Below are positions 21,073 to 32,122 of a DNA stretch of 64,000 nucleotides, one piece after another. Numbering within the stretch: position 1 is the stretch's first letter; the number at the start of each line of letters is the position of its first letter. The notes beneath the pieces are model-generated. The model did no database searches. It had not been told where the DNA came from and worked only from the letters and a program-made list of their open reading frames with translations. A program made the translations under genes and the position numbers. The DNA is taken from contig CP000066.1 in NCBI GenBank assembly GCA_000002445.1, forward strand, positions 1,248,001 to 1,312,000, in the 5' to 3' direction. The stretch comes from Trypanosoma brucei. Taxonomy: Eukaryota.

Positions 21073-23100
21073 TCAAGACGGTACAAAGAGTCGCTTCATG
21101 TGTAGACCCCCGGGTTGGCCGGGCTTTGGTCCGTCTGTCTCATGCCGCAACCCACTGGAAACGGCACCAGCGGGATGTTTTGGCTGCTTCCGCTGTTCCC
21201 CCGGCGCCTTCAGTTCCACTTCGTCAGGGTAGCGAACTGCTGTCAACCCGGTGAAGGGTCGTAACTTGTTCCAATTTTCCACCACCTGCAACTGCAAACT
21301 TGTCGTTGAGAGAACATGGACGCTTGTGTCCGGATTCAGCGATTTAAGCATCGCCGCTACGGCGAGCACCCGCTCGGGAGCTGTGATGCGGTCCGGATAC
21401 TTCAAGAGACGCGGTTCATTGTTATGTAGTGCAACCTCGCCACGCATGGCGGCTACCTCCATTCCTTTTTTTGGAGAAAAATCCTGTAGGGTCTCCAAGG
21501 TGTTGGGGAAATCTCCCCTCTTGCGGATTACCAAAGGAAATGCCGCGCCGTGAGCCCCTTCCTTCGGCTCCGACACCGTCTTCCGAAGCAGCTCAACTGA
21601 TTCTGGTGTGATGGGACCATCCACAATGTATGTATGCGCGTTCAGTTGGTGGGTCAGAGGCAGCACACGTACAGCCGGGTGATCTTCCAACAGCTTCTGC
21701 AAGCGCTTCAACATATGTTTTGTGTAGCTGCCCTTGACCGTTCCACTCTCCTCTTTCACCCGGCGCACAAGCAGCCGAATAGAGGAAAGGGGCACAAGAA
21801 GCGAGTCGTAGTGGCTGAGAAGCGACTCAAAGCGTGGGTTAAGGATGATGTTGTGATCCAATACTGCGACGCGACCTTGAACAATCCAACGCTGCGACCG
21901 CAAACCGACAGTCCCGAGGCCACGGGTGGAAACGCTAACAATGTTACCGAGTTGGGATTCAAACACGTTAAAGAAAAGCATCGCGTCTTTCGGGCGACTG
22001 TGAGCCAACAACATGTCAAGAATGGCCAATCCTAGGGCAAGTGTTGAGTTCACTGGATTTCCGGGATCCTCAGTACTTCTACTGTACTCCCGCGCGGCGA
22101 AGCGCACCGCTTCATGATCGAGCTTAAGTCTCGTCAGGTTTGTGAGGACAGCACGATACATACTGTCGGTTACAGGCATGCCCAAGAGGTGTGCCTCGGT
22201 AACACATCGGACAACGTGCGAGGTGTTGTTTGGGTTGAGAGATACCAACGTAGCGAGTGTGTCTTTGCTTGGTTGCACATTGTTCTCCTTCATTGCCTGA
22301 AACACCTCTACACCCTTTTCCCACAAAGCCCCTGCCATCGTCGATATTGTCGCGTTGTACAAACCGGCTGTTACGTCAACGGTCCCACCAAGTGACTGAA
22401 GAACGGAGAGACTCATTTCCCACCTATTGGGCGAACGTGTCTGCTGCATGCACCTCAGAAGTTCCAAGTACACCGTGCTATTAGGTGCCGCTTCGTTTTG
22501 TACTGCCTTAGAGAAGACTGCGAGCCCAACGTCGACAGCACCAGCCCTGCGACACGCGTTCATTACCGTGTGCAGTGCGTAAGGATCGCACCCCATTTTG
22601 TCATCTATCATTGCTGCATAATGTCGTACGGCATCTTTCCACAGCCCGGATGATCGGTAAGTCGCGAGTAATGCGCCGTGTAGCTTCGAGTTGGCCTTCT
22701 TTTCTCGGCATGCCCGTTCCCAATACCGCAGCGCATTTTTGCTGTCCCTGTTATCATTTGCGTGTGCCATGAGTGTGCAGTAGTGCGAGGAGGTCAGCTT
22801 CAGTTTGGCTTCGTCAACCGCTTCTACTACTATCTCTGACCGGTCAAATCGATTTAACGCGCGGCACTTCCGCAGTACCTCAGAGATAGCCTCGTTTGAG
22901 AGTTCATTCATCCCAGTCGCTCTCCGGGTGGCGCTATGCAACTCTGCAATCGGAACCTGCAGTAACATTCCCACGACAGTTGGTTTTGCTTTACTGGCCC
23001 CATGGAGGGCATTTTTGCGCTTTCCGTACAACAGTTTCGCGATGTTGGGACGCTCGTTACGTCGTGAGGGTGCGCGTGGTATGTAACAGCGGTTTAACAT
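21073..23100 (-). CDS. pentatricopeptide-repeat (PPR/TPR-like helical repeat) protein with a non-repeat C-terminal domain of about 300 aa
   Basis: The track start at 23112 is GTG. The ATG is at 23100 (MLNRCYIP...). Several 35-aa helical repeats fit the PPR pattern (LHGALLATYRSSGLWKDAVRHYAAMIDDKMGCDPYALHTVMNACRRAG...). The C-terminal third lacks PRORP catalytic DDW/NDE motifs. Confidence 0.65.
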   Translation of the reverse strand: MLNRCYIPRAPSRRNERPNIAKLLYGKRKNALHGASKAKPTVVGMLLQVPIAELHSATRRATGMNELSNEAISEVLRKCRALNRFDRSEIVVEAVDEAKLKLTSSHYCTLMAHANDNRDSKNALRYWERACREKKANSKLHGALLATYRSSGLWKDAVRHYAAMIDDKMGCDPYALHTVMNACRRAGAVDVGLAVFSKAVQNEAAPNSTVYLELLRCMQQTRSPNRWEMSLSVLQSLGGTVDVTAGLYNATISTMAGALWEKGVEVFQAMKENNVQPSKDTLATLVSLNPNNTSHVVRCVTEAHLLGMPVTDSMYRAVLTNLTRLKLDHEAVRFAAREYSRSTEDPGNPVNSTLALGLAILDMLLAHSRPKDAMLFFNVFESQLGNIVSVSTRGLGTVGLRSQRWIVQGRVAVLDHNIILNPRFESLLSHYDSLLVPLSSIRLLVRRVKEESGTVKGSYTKHMLKRLQKLLEDHPAVRVLPLTHQLNAHTYIVDGPITPESVELLRKTVSEPKEGAHGAAFPLVIRKRGDFPNTLETLQDFSPKKGMEVAAMRGEVALHNNEPRLLKYPDRITAPERVLAVAAMLKSLNPDTSVHVLSTTSLQLQVVENWNKLRPFTGLTAVRYPDEVELKAPGEQRKQPKHPAGAVSSGLRHETDGPKPGQPGGLHMKRLFVPS

Positions 23101-23120
23101 GATAACAGACACCTTAACTA

Positions 23121-23142
23121 ATATATATATATATATATATAT
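23121..23142. repeat. (AT)11 microsatellite immediately upstream of the PPR-gene start
   Basis: Read directly. Confidence 0.9.
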
Positions 23143-25859
23143 TTATATGTCCGTGTGTTTTCTGTGAGGATATGCGTTTCCCAATACGCTTTTGCGTGGC
23201 CGCTTCACGTTGCGCTCCCGTTAGAGATGTGTGTGAACCGCGCTGAGGCGAAAAATTGCCGAAGAAGAATGAGAAAGAAAAAAAAAAAGAGAAAGTTGTT
23301 GGATAGTCCAGGTGTTAATGGGTAGCATTTCTTAGCAGCCTTGAGCAGAGGTGGTGAACTGTTTTTTTTCTTGTATTTCCCTTTTTTCTTTTTTTTTCCC
23401 CAGTGACAACACCCTTATTTTCCTACGGGACCGGTAAACAAATATTGTGTTGAAGAAGCTACTTTCCCCCTTTTCTAGATTTGCATACATGGCGGCGGAT
23501 GTGTGCGGTAAAAAATAAAAAAAGGTTTGAGTAAATCTTTAAGACATCTTCTCCCTCTTTTTCATTTTCATTTTCTTTTGCCCCAAGTTCAGTGTTTTCA
23601 TCTGTACACGTTTTTTTTTTGTTCCTGCCTGTAACGCAAATACACAAATGGTGATATCAATATATAAGTATATAAATAGACAAATCCCTTTTGCTGTCTC
23701 TCTCTCTCTCTTTTTTTTTTCTTTCTTTCTTTCTTTTTTCTTTTTTAAACGCTCCGTTCCATATATGTGAAGGTAAAAGGGGAAGGCGTCTGTGTATGTG
23801 GTCAATCAGTCATGTTGGCATGGGGCTCTTTTCTCTTTTCTCTTTTTTCCTTTTCTTTTCTTTAATTATTCATCATATTCTCCCTTCAATGCATCTCTCC
23901 TTTTGCTTCCTTTATTGCTATATGATCCACTTTGCATTATCAGCCACTAACTCAGCGCTGATCCGTTACTTCTTTTTTTCCTTTTCCTTTTCCTTTTCTT
24001 CCTTCAAGGAGTTCTTCGTGTACATTTTATCACGATTTTGCGGTTGGGAACCGCTACACTCGTCTCCCGCCCTCATGCCTCATTTTTCCTCCTCCCCCAA
24101 CCTTTAACTCATTCGCACTTTTCCTGCCATACACAAAAAAACAGACGGTGCCCAAAGAAAAAAAAGAGAAAAAAAAAGATGAAACAAAACAAAACATAAA
24201 AGATAACATAAAAGATAACACGACAACGAGTAGAGTGGAAAAGTGACGTGTAAGTCGGCATTAAAGCGGTGAAAAGTACCAACTGGTGGCTATCGTTACT
24301 AACGGTAAAGCAAAAATACACTACAGAGCTCATGAACGCACATTGAGGCTGCAATGTTGACCATACAAATTCCTTCTCTTAACCTTTTTTTTCTTTGCTC
24401 TTAACCCCCTTTGTGTTTCCCTTTCCTTGCTCTCCTCTTATTTCATCGTTTCAATTCATTCGATTATTTTATTTTATTTTTTTTTATTTTTCCGATTCCC
24501 TCTTCCCATCGTTCATATATTACTGAGTTGAAAAGGACAGGAAAAGGACAGGGGAAAATGAGACGTAAAAGAAGTTAAGGGGAACAGAAAGAACTAAAAT
24601 GAAAAGAAAAGAAAGGTTCGAATAAATAAATACACGAAAAGGAAAATAAAAGGGGGGGGGGAGATGAAAAAAAAAAAAAGAAGCAAATGCACCCACATCT
24701 TTTATGCTCATTGTCCACTTCATTTCCTATCGAACAAACCACCACCATCAACAACAGCGAAGACGACAAACAAACTCCGACAAACGTAATAAAAAAAAGC
24801 GAAATAGGACACTTTATAGATTGACCGACACTTGTAAATCGAAATCCAACTAGCGTACACACGCCGCGCTTCGGTTAAAAAATTTTTTACTTTCTCTCTG
24901 ACTGGAAAACAAAAAGAAAAAAAAAACAAAAAAAAAAAGGGCCCGCAAAAACCAGGAGTTCACACCGCAATGAGTCCGAGAAGGGGATAAGAGTAAACAC
25001 CGGCTCAGCGACAAGTGCCAGTGGGGGAACAGTAACAATAACCGGCCATCCGCGCCCCATACCTTTCACTAAGGTATTTGCAACAAATGGGCGGGCTTTA
25101 ACTTTTAAACCAACAATAATGGGGGAAATGAAAAACAAAAAACAAAAAAAAACAAAACAACAGTAAAAGCGGTAACAATAGAAGGCAAACCGAAGCAATA
25201 ACGTATACAAATATATCAGATAGTAGTAGAAGCCACCGCCATCAGCATAAAGGTATAACAGAATGGAGGGGGAAATATAAAGATAAGAAAAACAAACTAA
25301 CAACACTCTGATAGCCGTATAGCGGGAGCCAACAATACAAATAAAGAGGAAGAAAAGCAGGGGAAAACAATAATAATAACAACAACAAATGGAACCGTAC
25401 CGTGTAGGAGAGGTGCTCAAAACGAGAGAGCCACTAGAGACAATACCACCCATTCGTCCATTCATACATCAATCCAAACACAAACATGCACATGTATGTA
25501 CGTGTAAGCATATAGCTATTTACTCCACACCCCTTCACAACCAGTACACAAAACTCACGGATCCAAAACGTGTAAACAAAAAAAGAAAAAAAGAAAGAAA
25601 GAAAGAGGGAAGTGAAAGAAAAAGAGAGAGGGGAAAAAGAAGAGGGATGACCGTGCGGTGCTTTACTTTCATATCTACTGGTCCCGCCACCGCCCACAAT
25701 TTTTCTTTCCCTCTTGTTCACACACTTTGTTATTTTTCTGCTGGTTCCTCCCCAAAAGAGGGTGTGAGCGCACTCGCACATAAAGAGCATGTGCACATAC
25801 AAGCACTTATACTCTTTGGTCACGCGGCATTAAAACACAACTGCTAACACCGCCTGTGC

Positions 25860-27755
25860 TCACGCCAATTTCTGGACAAGAGTGCAAAACAAGCAGCGTA
25901 CGATGTCCAGTGCAATCACTGAGCCTTTTAAAACACTAAAGTCCAATATATACCCGTCGTCATGGCTTTCACGAATGCGGAAGAGATGAATAAGTATAAC
26001 AACCTGCAGCACTCTGTCCGCACGTTTCTGTTGTGTGTGTTGCAGTCCTTCATCCTCTGCTGAGTCCCAAGAGCTTGTCTCCCTCAAGGGGTTGTATATC
26101 CGTTCAAACGTCACCGCTGTTGGACGGACGAGCAGTTCAAACGAAGTGGGGCTCTTCCACTCCATAGCATACCGCTTAAGCACCTCGTATACGACGCGCA
26201 TCACCCCAGAGGAAGTGAGGTCAGCCATGAGACCGATTCGCCAGCCCACATTATTCTTCACTATGAACTCGCGCTCTTCCCTTGTGTAGATCACGTCTGA
26301 CTTTGCTACGGACCCCACACGCTGGCGCTCAGTGTTTCCACTACTTAGCCTGCTCTTGGAGTCTCTGGAGCATCCCGGCCGAGCCTCGTCAATTGGGTTA
26401 GTGCTTCCACAATCCTCACGGTAAGATGAGTCCAAGGTGCCGCTCGTCTCGGCGTAGGAGTCGGCGCGTTTCCCAATAAAAAACACACCACCCGGGTTAG
26501 GCGGTGTAGCCGCCGCCGTGGCAGCTCCGTGATGTGTCTCCCGCATGGATGCGGGAACGAAGTTACTCCCATTGTAGGCGTGTTTGTTGGATGAGACATC
26601 GCCGTTACCGAGCAGTGACTCCATCACAGGACTTTGCGTCAACAACAGACCGAGGTGCAGTTCCCGCTCCGTTGCCCTAGGCACATGCGTCAGCTCCGTC
26701 CCGTATGTCGTACACCCCATCTCGGTGGTCTCTTTGTTAAGAATTTCATCCGCCCCGTTTCTGAGTATTTTCCGCTGTTCTGCGTCGAATATGATGCTGT
26801 AAGCCACAAATGCCTCACCACGGCCCTCCCTGATGGCAGCGCGGACTTCACGGTCACTCCTGTTAAGGTATTTCGCAGTAGCCGCCGCAGCGGTTGTTGA
26901 TATGCGTTTCTGCTCGTCCACGCGTCTGGGGTCGGCAGGCCAAAGCCGAGCAGGAAGATTTGTGACGAACCATTGGTGATTGTAGATCTGTGGGATTGTT
27001 AGCCGGTGAACTGGATCGACAACTAATATCTTTTCAATGAGATCCCGCGCACCACTGCTGACGTGTGCGGGGATTTTGTAACTACCGCTTTTGATCTTCC
27101 TGAAAAGCGATGGTGTGTCACTCTCGTCGAAGGGCAGGGACCCGCAGAGTAGGGCATAGAGTATAACGCCGCATGACCATATATCTGTATTGGATCCCAC
27201 GTAGTATCGGCCATCAATTACCTCCGGCGCAGCATAATTTGGTGACCCGCATGAGGTTTGTAGGAACTCTCCATCCTTTGCTATGTTGGAGAGACCAAAG
27301 TCGATTAGTTTTACCTGCAGACCCGGACCCAGTAATATATTCTCCGGTTTAAGATCTCGGTGGGCAACCAAGAAGTTGTGACAGTAGTTCACCGCACATA
27401 TAATCTGCTGAAATATGTAACGGGCTTCGTTTTCCCGAAGTTTTCCCTGATTCACAATGTGTTGAAACAACTCCCCACATTCGACATACTCCATGATGAG
27501 GAATATTTCTGTGGTGGTGTAGATGACTTCATACAGACGGCAGATATTAGGGTGGGAAAACAACTGCAGTATCTTAATCTCACGGGCCACCTTTTCATCC
27601 ATTTTTGCATGTTCCAACCTATCCCGATTAATCATCTTCACTGCTACTGTATGCCCTGTGGGAATATGCGTTGCCTCCTTCACTTTACCAAAGCTTCCCT
27701 TTCCTATGGTTTTACCAATGACATAGTTGCCAATAGCCTGTTCACCTTCCGGCAT
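25860..27755 (-). CDS. AMPKalpha: AMPK/SNF1-family protein kinase, alpha catalytic subunit
   Basis: ATG verified at 27755. It has a full kinase domain (GKGSFGKVK, HRDLKPEN, DFG). The activation loop DGEFLQTSCGSPNYAAPEV is identical to the AMPK T-loop core. The C-terminal regulatory/beta-binding region is ...ILDFSVLKGSVIALDIV... Confidence 0.9.
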   Translation of the reverse strand: MPEGEQAIGNYVIGKTIGKGSFGKVKEATHIPTGHTVAVKMINRDRLEHAKMDEKVAREIKILQLFSHPNICRLYEVIYTTTEIFLIMEYVECGELFQHIVNQGKLRENEARYIFQQIICAVNYCHNFLVAHRDLKPENILLGPGLQVKLIDFGLSNIAKDGEFLQTSCGSPNYAAPEVIDGRYYVGSNTDIWSCGVILYALLCGSLPFDESDTPSLFRKIKSGSYKIPAHVSSGARDLIEKILVVDPVHRLTIPQIYNHQWFVTNLPARLWPADPRRVDEQKRISTTAAAATAKYLNRSDREVRAAIREGRGEAFVAYSIIFDAEQRKILRNGADEILNKETTEMGCTTYGTELTHVPRATERELHLGLLLTQSPVMESLLGNGDVSSNKHAYNGSNFVPASMRETHHGAATAAATPPNPGGVFFIGKRADSYAETSGTLDSSYREDCGSTNPIDEARPGCSRDSKSRLSSGNTERQRVGSVAKSDVIYTREEREFIVKNNVGWRIGLMADLTSSGVMRVVYEVLKRYAMEWKSPTSFELLVRPTAVTFERIYNPLRETSSWDSAEDEGLQHTQQKRADRVLQVVILIHLFRIRESHDDGYILDFSVLKGSVIALDIVRCLFCTLVQKLA

Positions 27756-28959
27756 CCTGTACGTATCTGACTTGCGGTGATTCCCTGTTTTCGCTTACTT
27801 TACCAACGACTTAACTCCACCCCGCTTTCGCGTCTGTACGCCGCCCCTTCAATGCGCTTCGCTATTTACACCGAATAGTGCGCTTATTTGTATTTGCAAG
27901 TGTGCTACCACGCGCCTCCTTGTGCCAAATTTCCCCTTTCCCTTTCCCCAGCTGCGTACGAGTGATTTACTGGAGTGGGAAAAAAAGGAGAGGAAAAGCC
28001 TCGAAGTGAGTGGCGTGTCACCAACCTATTCCGCTTCCTCCTTCCTTCCTCTGCTGTACGCTCAGCTTGAAGTGGGGGCGACCGCGTAACGTGAGGAGAA
28101 AAAAAAATCCAATATATATATATATAAATATATATCCTGTCCTTATTCAGATATATTGAAAAGTACCCCACCGCGTACCCCCCCCCAAAAAAAAATGAAA
28201 ATGACAAAAACAGAAACGCAGCCTGATACCTGTCGTACCTGGCCTTTACTTCGCTCCTTGGTCACTTTCCAGTTGTTATTTTTTGTGCCTTTCGGGTTTT
28301 TTTTTCCTTAAACAAAAAACCAACCGGCCCTACCCCCTCCCACGTGTAGAGGGGCCTTCACCTCGCTTCCTCTCTCCTTATAATGATAACAACAACGATA
28401 ATAAGCTATTGTTAATATCGTTTTTATGTTGCTTTGATTAAAGTACATCAGTCGGAGATGGAGAGCAGGCAGCGCGCGGGCGTGGGTGAGGGAGAGGGAA
28501 AAATGAGAACAAGAGATTGAAAAGGAAGGAATATTATTGCTGATGACGCAAAGGGCTAAAAACGCACTGTGCCGAAAACACTCCGTACACGTGGATGGAT
28601 GTGTGCCAAATGGGTAATCCCCATGTAAATAATTTAAGCGAGTTAACCCGTCGCTCCGGGATAGGACCTGTCGACCCACAAACGGTATTAAGCAAAAAAA
28701 AAAAGAAGTGGTGAGGAATGGTGAAAATGATAAGCGAGCAGCACTGGCGACTTAAACACCATAAATCACAGCTGCAATCGCCGACAAGCATGGAGTCTAT
28801 AATGCATGCTCCACACACTCTATGCTGTGCATGCATATTGTACCTAATCAGCAAATTAGCGACACCTGACACTTATTTGCAGCGCATACGTGTACTTGCC
28901 GTTGCTTTCCGTTCACCACTGCCACCGCTACGACCGCTTTTAACGTTAAAACCACTATG

Positions 28960-31149
28960 TTACGCAACGGCCGTCTTTGGTAGTGTCATTCCCGTCAAAG
29001 GCATAATGTCAGCTGGCAATGGTGGGACGAGGCACTTTCCCGGATTTGTGCGTTCCCAGCGCCTCACTTTGAAGACAGCAACTATCATATCAAATGGGTG
29101 AAGTCTTCCCACAACATGCGCAACCAGCAGGAAATCAGCCAGCAGCACCCTCAGCTCCAGCGGTTTCGATACAACACCAAACTCCACGGTCAACGAGCCC
29201 CGCGCAAACGGGTTCAACGCTCGTGAATGCTGCGGTGTGCTTAGCACCTTCGGTCCCGTTAATGCCACCCCACCAGGCCACTGCCGCCGGTACAGTGCCC
29301 AGTAGAAGAGAGGATAAAGTGGAAGGTAAAGTGTGAGGTGGGCAGCTACCAGCAATGCTCCCTGTAACAACCATACGGCAATACATATGAGAGCAAAATA
29401 CACATGGTAAACAGCCAATGTGGGGAGGAGGAAGACAATAATGGTGAAGATCACGGTTGCCACGAGGGTCTGCTCAACGGGAAAGTCATATGTATCGGTG
29501 CGGTGTCGCAGGGGGTTATGCTTCTTGCCTTGGAACTGGAGGAACAGGTTCCGGAGCATGAAACGTGCAAACCGATACGGCAAGGAGACGCTGTGGAATA
29601 CCAAATATAAGTGGAGGGAGGCAATTAAGCACAGGTCCGCAACGAAGGCGAATGCACAGCTAGCACCTAACGGCGCAACGAAAATCAGCAACTTGTAGAA
29701 TAAGCCTACATTGCTAAGATCCTCAACGGAGGCCCAGCTCGCCTCAAGTACAGCCTTAGCGATGCAAGATAACGTCATACTGAGGTCTCCGTTCATCTTA
29801 AGACCTGCGGGCCATCCTTCAAACCAGTCCATGTATTCCATGTGAAGGTCGTACAGGAGCCACCGGCACCAAGACACAGCCTTTGTCACCAATAAGCCGC
29901 TCCCGTGTGATAACAGCAAACTCAGAAGCATCCCACATATTGTGTCCACCGCAAAACGAACAAGGAAATCAACGACGCAGAAACGCCGCAGTGCAGGATC
30001 GTTGTGTTGAATGTGAGGTAACACAGGATGAAGACAACAGACTCTTGTATCCCCTCTTAGTAACAAAAGCCAATGGATCACCATACGGAGGCGAAATTCT
30101 AACAGAGCTGCAGTGTACGAGACGTTCCCAGGCCACTTGAGCACGAGGTGGAACACCACAAGTATTTTTGTGAGAAAACCGGTAAATCTGTTGCCGCAGT
30201 TTTTCCAGTAAGCACACAGACGTGCCGTCGCAGCGGTGCCATCTGTGGCGTTGCTAACCTTATTCTCACACAATTCTCGCAGTATCTTGCCGTATGCACT
30301 GGCCCGTAGTAACGAGCTAAGCTCCCCATAGTCAGTACTTGTGGGGAAATCAAGCCGCGGATGCAACTCCCCCCCAAATCTAGGGGTTTCCGAACCTCTA
30401 ACACTTTGTGACTCAGTGCTTCCTTCGCCCGAACCTGAGCTCCCCACAGACACGCGGTCGTCCTCTGTTCTTTGCTTTGCCCCTTCCTGTTTTTCCTCCT
30501 CGTCTTGTGTCAGTGGGTCGCTGCCCACCATCCGCCTCATTTTGGTACGCGGTCCTGCTGAATGGACCATGTGCGACGGCAACAACACACCTTCTAATGT
30601 GGAATTTGCACCTTCCACGCAAATAGGCTGCATTTTGCCTTCTACCAACTTCACTAAGTCGCCGCGATCGTGCCTGGCCACCGCACTGAAGGCAGTTGAC
30701 GTAACGGCATAAGATACAGTGGGATCACTTCGCAAGACGTGAAGGTGGCATGGCTGCACGGGGGACCCGCAGCAGTACAGTTGATGTAGTAGTGGACCCT
30801 CATTCAGTTCCAGCCATAACTCTGCACGGCTATGCTGTGAACGAACCCACGCGTCTGCATATTCACTCTTGTCCAGTGTTGCTTGTTTGCTGTGCATCCA
30901 GCCCAGTATTAGCAGCGATGTTGCACTGGGGACGTCCTTGTGCTGCTTCCGATGGGCAGTAGCGCGAATGTCTCCTTCGCTTTCCTTTAACTTGTTGAGA
31001 GCCGCTGTCGCGTTCTCAACACGCGGATCGTGCACAACTGCGACCACAATGACGAGTAGTCCATGCGGGTTCCACCCAATCAACCACCCACCACGTTCCT
31101 GCTCCTTGCGAAACGGCCACATTATTATGCATGTGTTGGTTACCATCAT
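28960..31149 (-). CDS. GPI1: GPI-GlcNAc transferase complex subunit GPI1 / PIG-Q
   Basis: ATG verified at 31149. It is a multi-pass membrane protein. Conserved PIG-Q/Gpi1 motifs are present: MDWFEGWPAGLKMNGDLS (P-A-G-L-K-x-N) and GKKHNPLRHRTDTYDF. Confidence 0.75.
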   Translation of the reverse strand: MMVTNTCIIMWPFRKEQERGGWLIGWNPHGLLVIVVAVVHDPRVENATAALNKLKESEGDIRATAHRKQHKDVPSATSLLILGWMHSKQATLDKSEYADAWVRSQHSRAELWLELNEGPLLHQLYCCGSPVQPCHLHVLRSDPTVSYAVTSTAFSAVARHDRGDLVKLVEGKMQPICVEGANSTLEGVLLPSHMVHSAGPRTKMRRMVGSDPLTQDEEEKQEGAKQRTEDDRVSVGSSGSGEGSTESQSVRGSETPRFGGELHPRLDFPTSTDYGELSSLLRASAYGKILRELCENKVSNATDGTAATARLCAYWKNCGNRFTGFLTKILVVFHLVLKWPGNVSYTAALLEFRLRMVIHWLLLLRGDTRVCCLHPVLPHIQHNDPALRRFCVVDFLVRFAVDTICGMLLSLLLSHGSGLLVTKAVSWCRWLLYDLHMEYMDWFEGWPAGLKMNGDLSMTLSCIAKAVLEASWASVEDLSNVGLFYKLLIFVAPLGASCAFAFVADLCLIASLHLYLVFHSVSLPYRFARFMLRNLFLQFQGKKHNPLRHRTDTYDFPVEQTLVATVIFTIIVFLLPTLAVYHVYFALICIAVWLLQGALLVAAHLTLYLPLYPLFYWALYRRQWPGGVALTGPKVLSTPQHSRALNPFARGSLTVEFGVVSKPLELRVLLADFLLVAHVVGRLHPFDMIVAVFKVRRWERTNPGKCLVPPLPADIMPLTGMTLPKTAVA

Positions 31150-32122
31150 CAGAAAGCCGCACCAGAGTCGGGATCGAATTTTATAGCAGCTTCCACTCGC
31201 GTCCTTTGCACTCCCGTGCCCACTGCAGCGCTTTCCCTCGGTTGTCCTTATCCAACAAACTCTCCTGCACGTCCTTTTACTGACGGCAGCCCCTCCACTG
31301 CGTTGGACTTAGGGCGAAGGCCTCGCGTTGTGCCCTTTCCCGCGGCTTTGGGGCTCAACGTTCTATTGGATAAACACCACTTCGGTTATCTAAACCTTCG
31401 GATGCAGAGAAAAAAGAAAATTAGGATCACTGAACAGAAACAGAAACACCAAAGCCGTTAAGAGTGAAAATTCCAAAAATGTTTCAGCTCTATAGCTTTC
31501 GTGTTCATTATATGCTGCACAAGAGGTACTCCCCTTCTCGTGCCTGGCGATTCGACGCAAACGAAATTTGCGACATGCTCTGGCAACAGCCAAAACATCT
31601 GTTACCGACATTCTGCTCGACGATCTCTCTCCTAAACCAGAGGGCTTGTCACGACATTCCCCTTCTTTGTTTCGTGATGTATTTCAATCGTATGACCTTC
31701 TCCGTAAGAGCGCCTAAGGAGGTTTGTGCGTGGGAGAGTGCAGTTCCATTGCTTGCTATTTCACGGCACTATACTTGACGCATTGAAAGGATATTGCATA
31801 TCTGTCCACAGGCTGGTGCGAGCCACCTGACCGCTTGCTTACGGCCATCGACGCGCCATCGGTACCCCGCGAAGTTGTAATTTAGGATATTTAACTCACT
31901 TACAAGTACCCCCAACGGCTAAAGCGGCATACGCACCGAAGCGTACAAAAAGGTAAGAGAAATGCCGACCAGTGCGCCTGCGGAGAGGTGGCGACAAGAT
32001 GTGGTCAACGGAGGCTTACCGCTCCGGAAAGGTGTGCCGGTTCACGACACCAGCTTCATCACCAAACGCAACGGCACACATTCCTTTCCCTCACCGTGCA
32101 CTCCGCACATCCTAAATAACGC

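Noticed and set aside
21073-21900. A PRORP-type NYN nuclease domain at the C-terminus of the PPR protein
   Set aside because: The characteristic Asp motifs (DGxN...DDW...NDE) are not present in a convincing arrangement. The domain is left unassigned.
24611-24625. tRNA-like T-loop motif ggttcgaat
   Set aside because: It is embedded in A-rich low-complexity sequence with no GC-rich acceptor or anticodon stems. No cloverleaf can be drawn.
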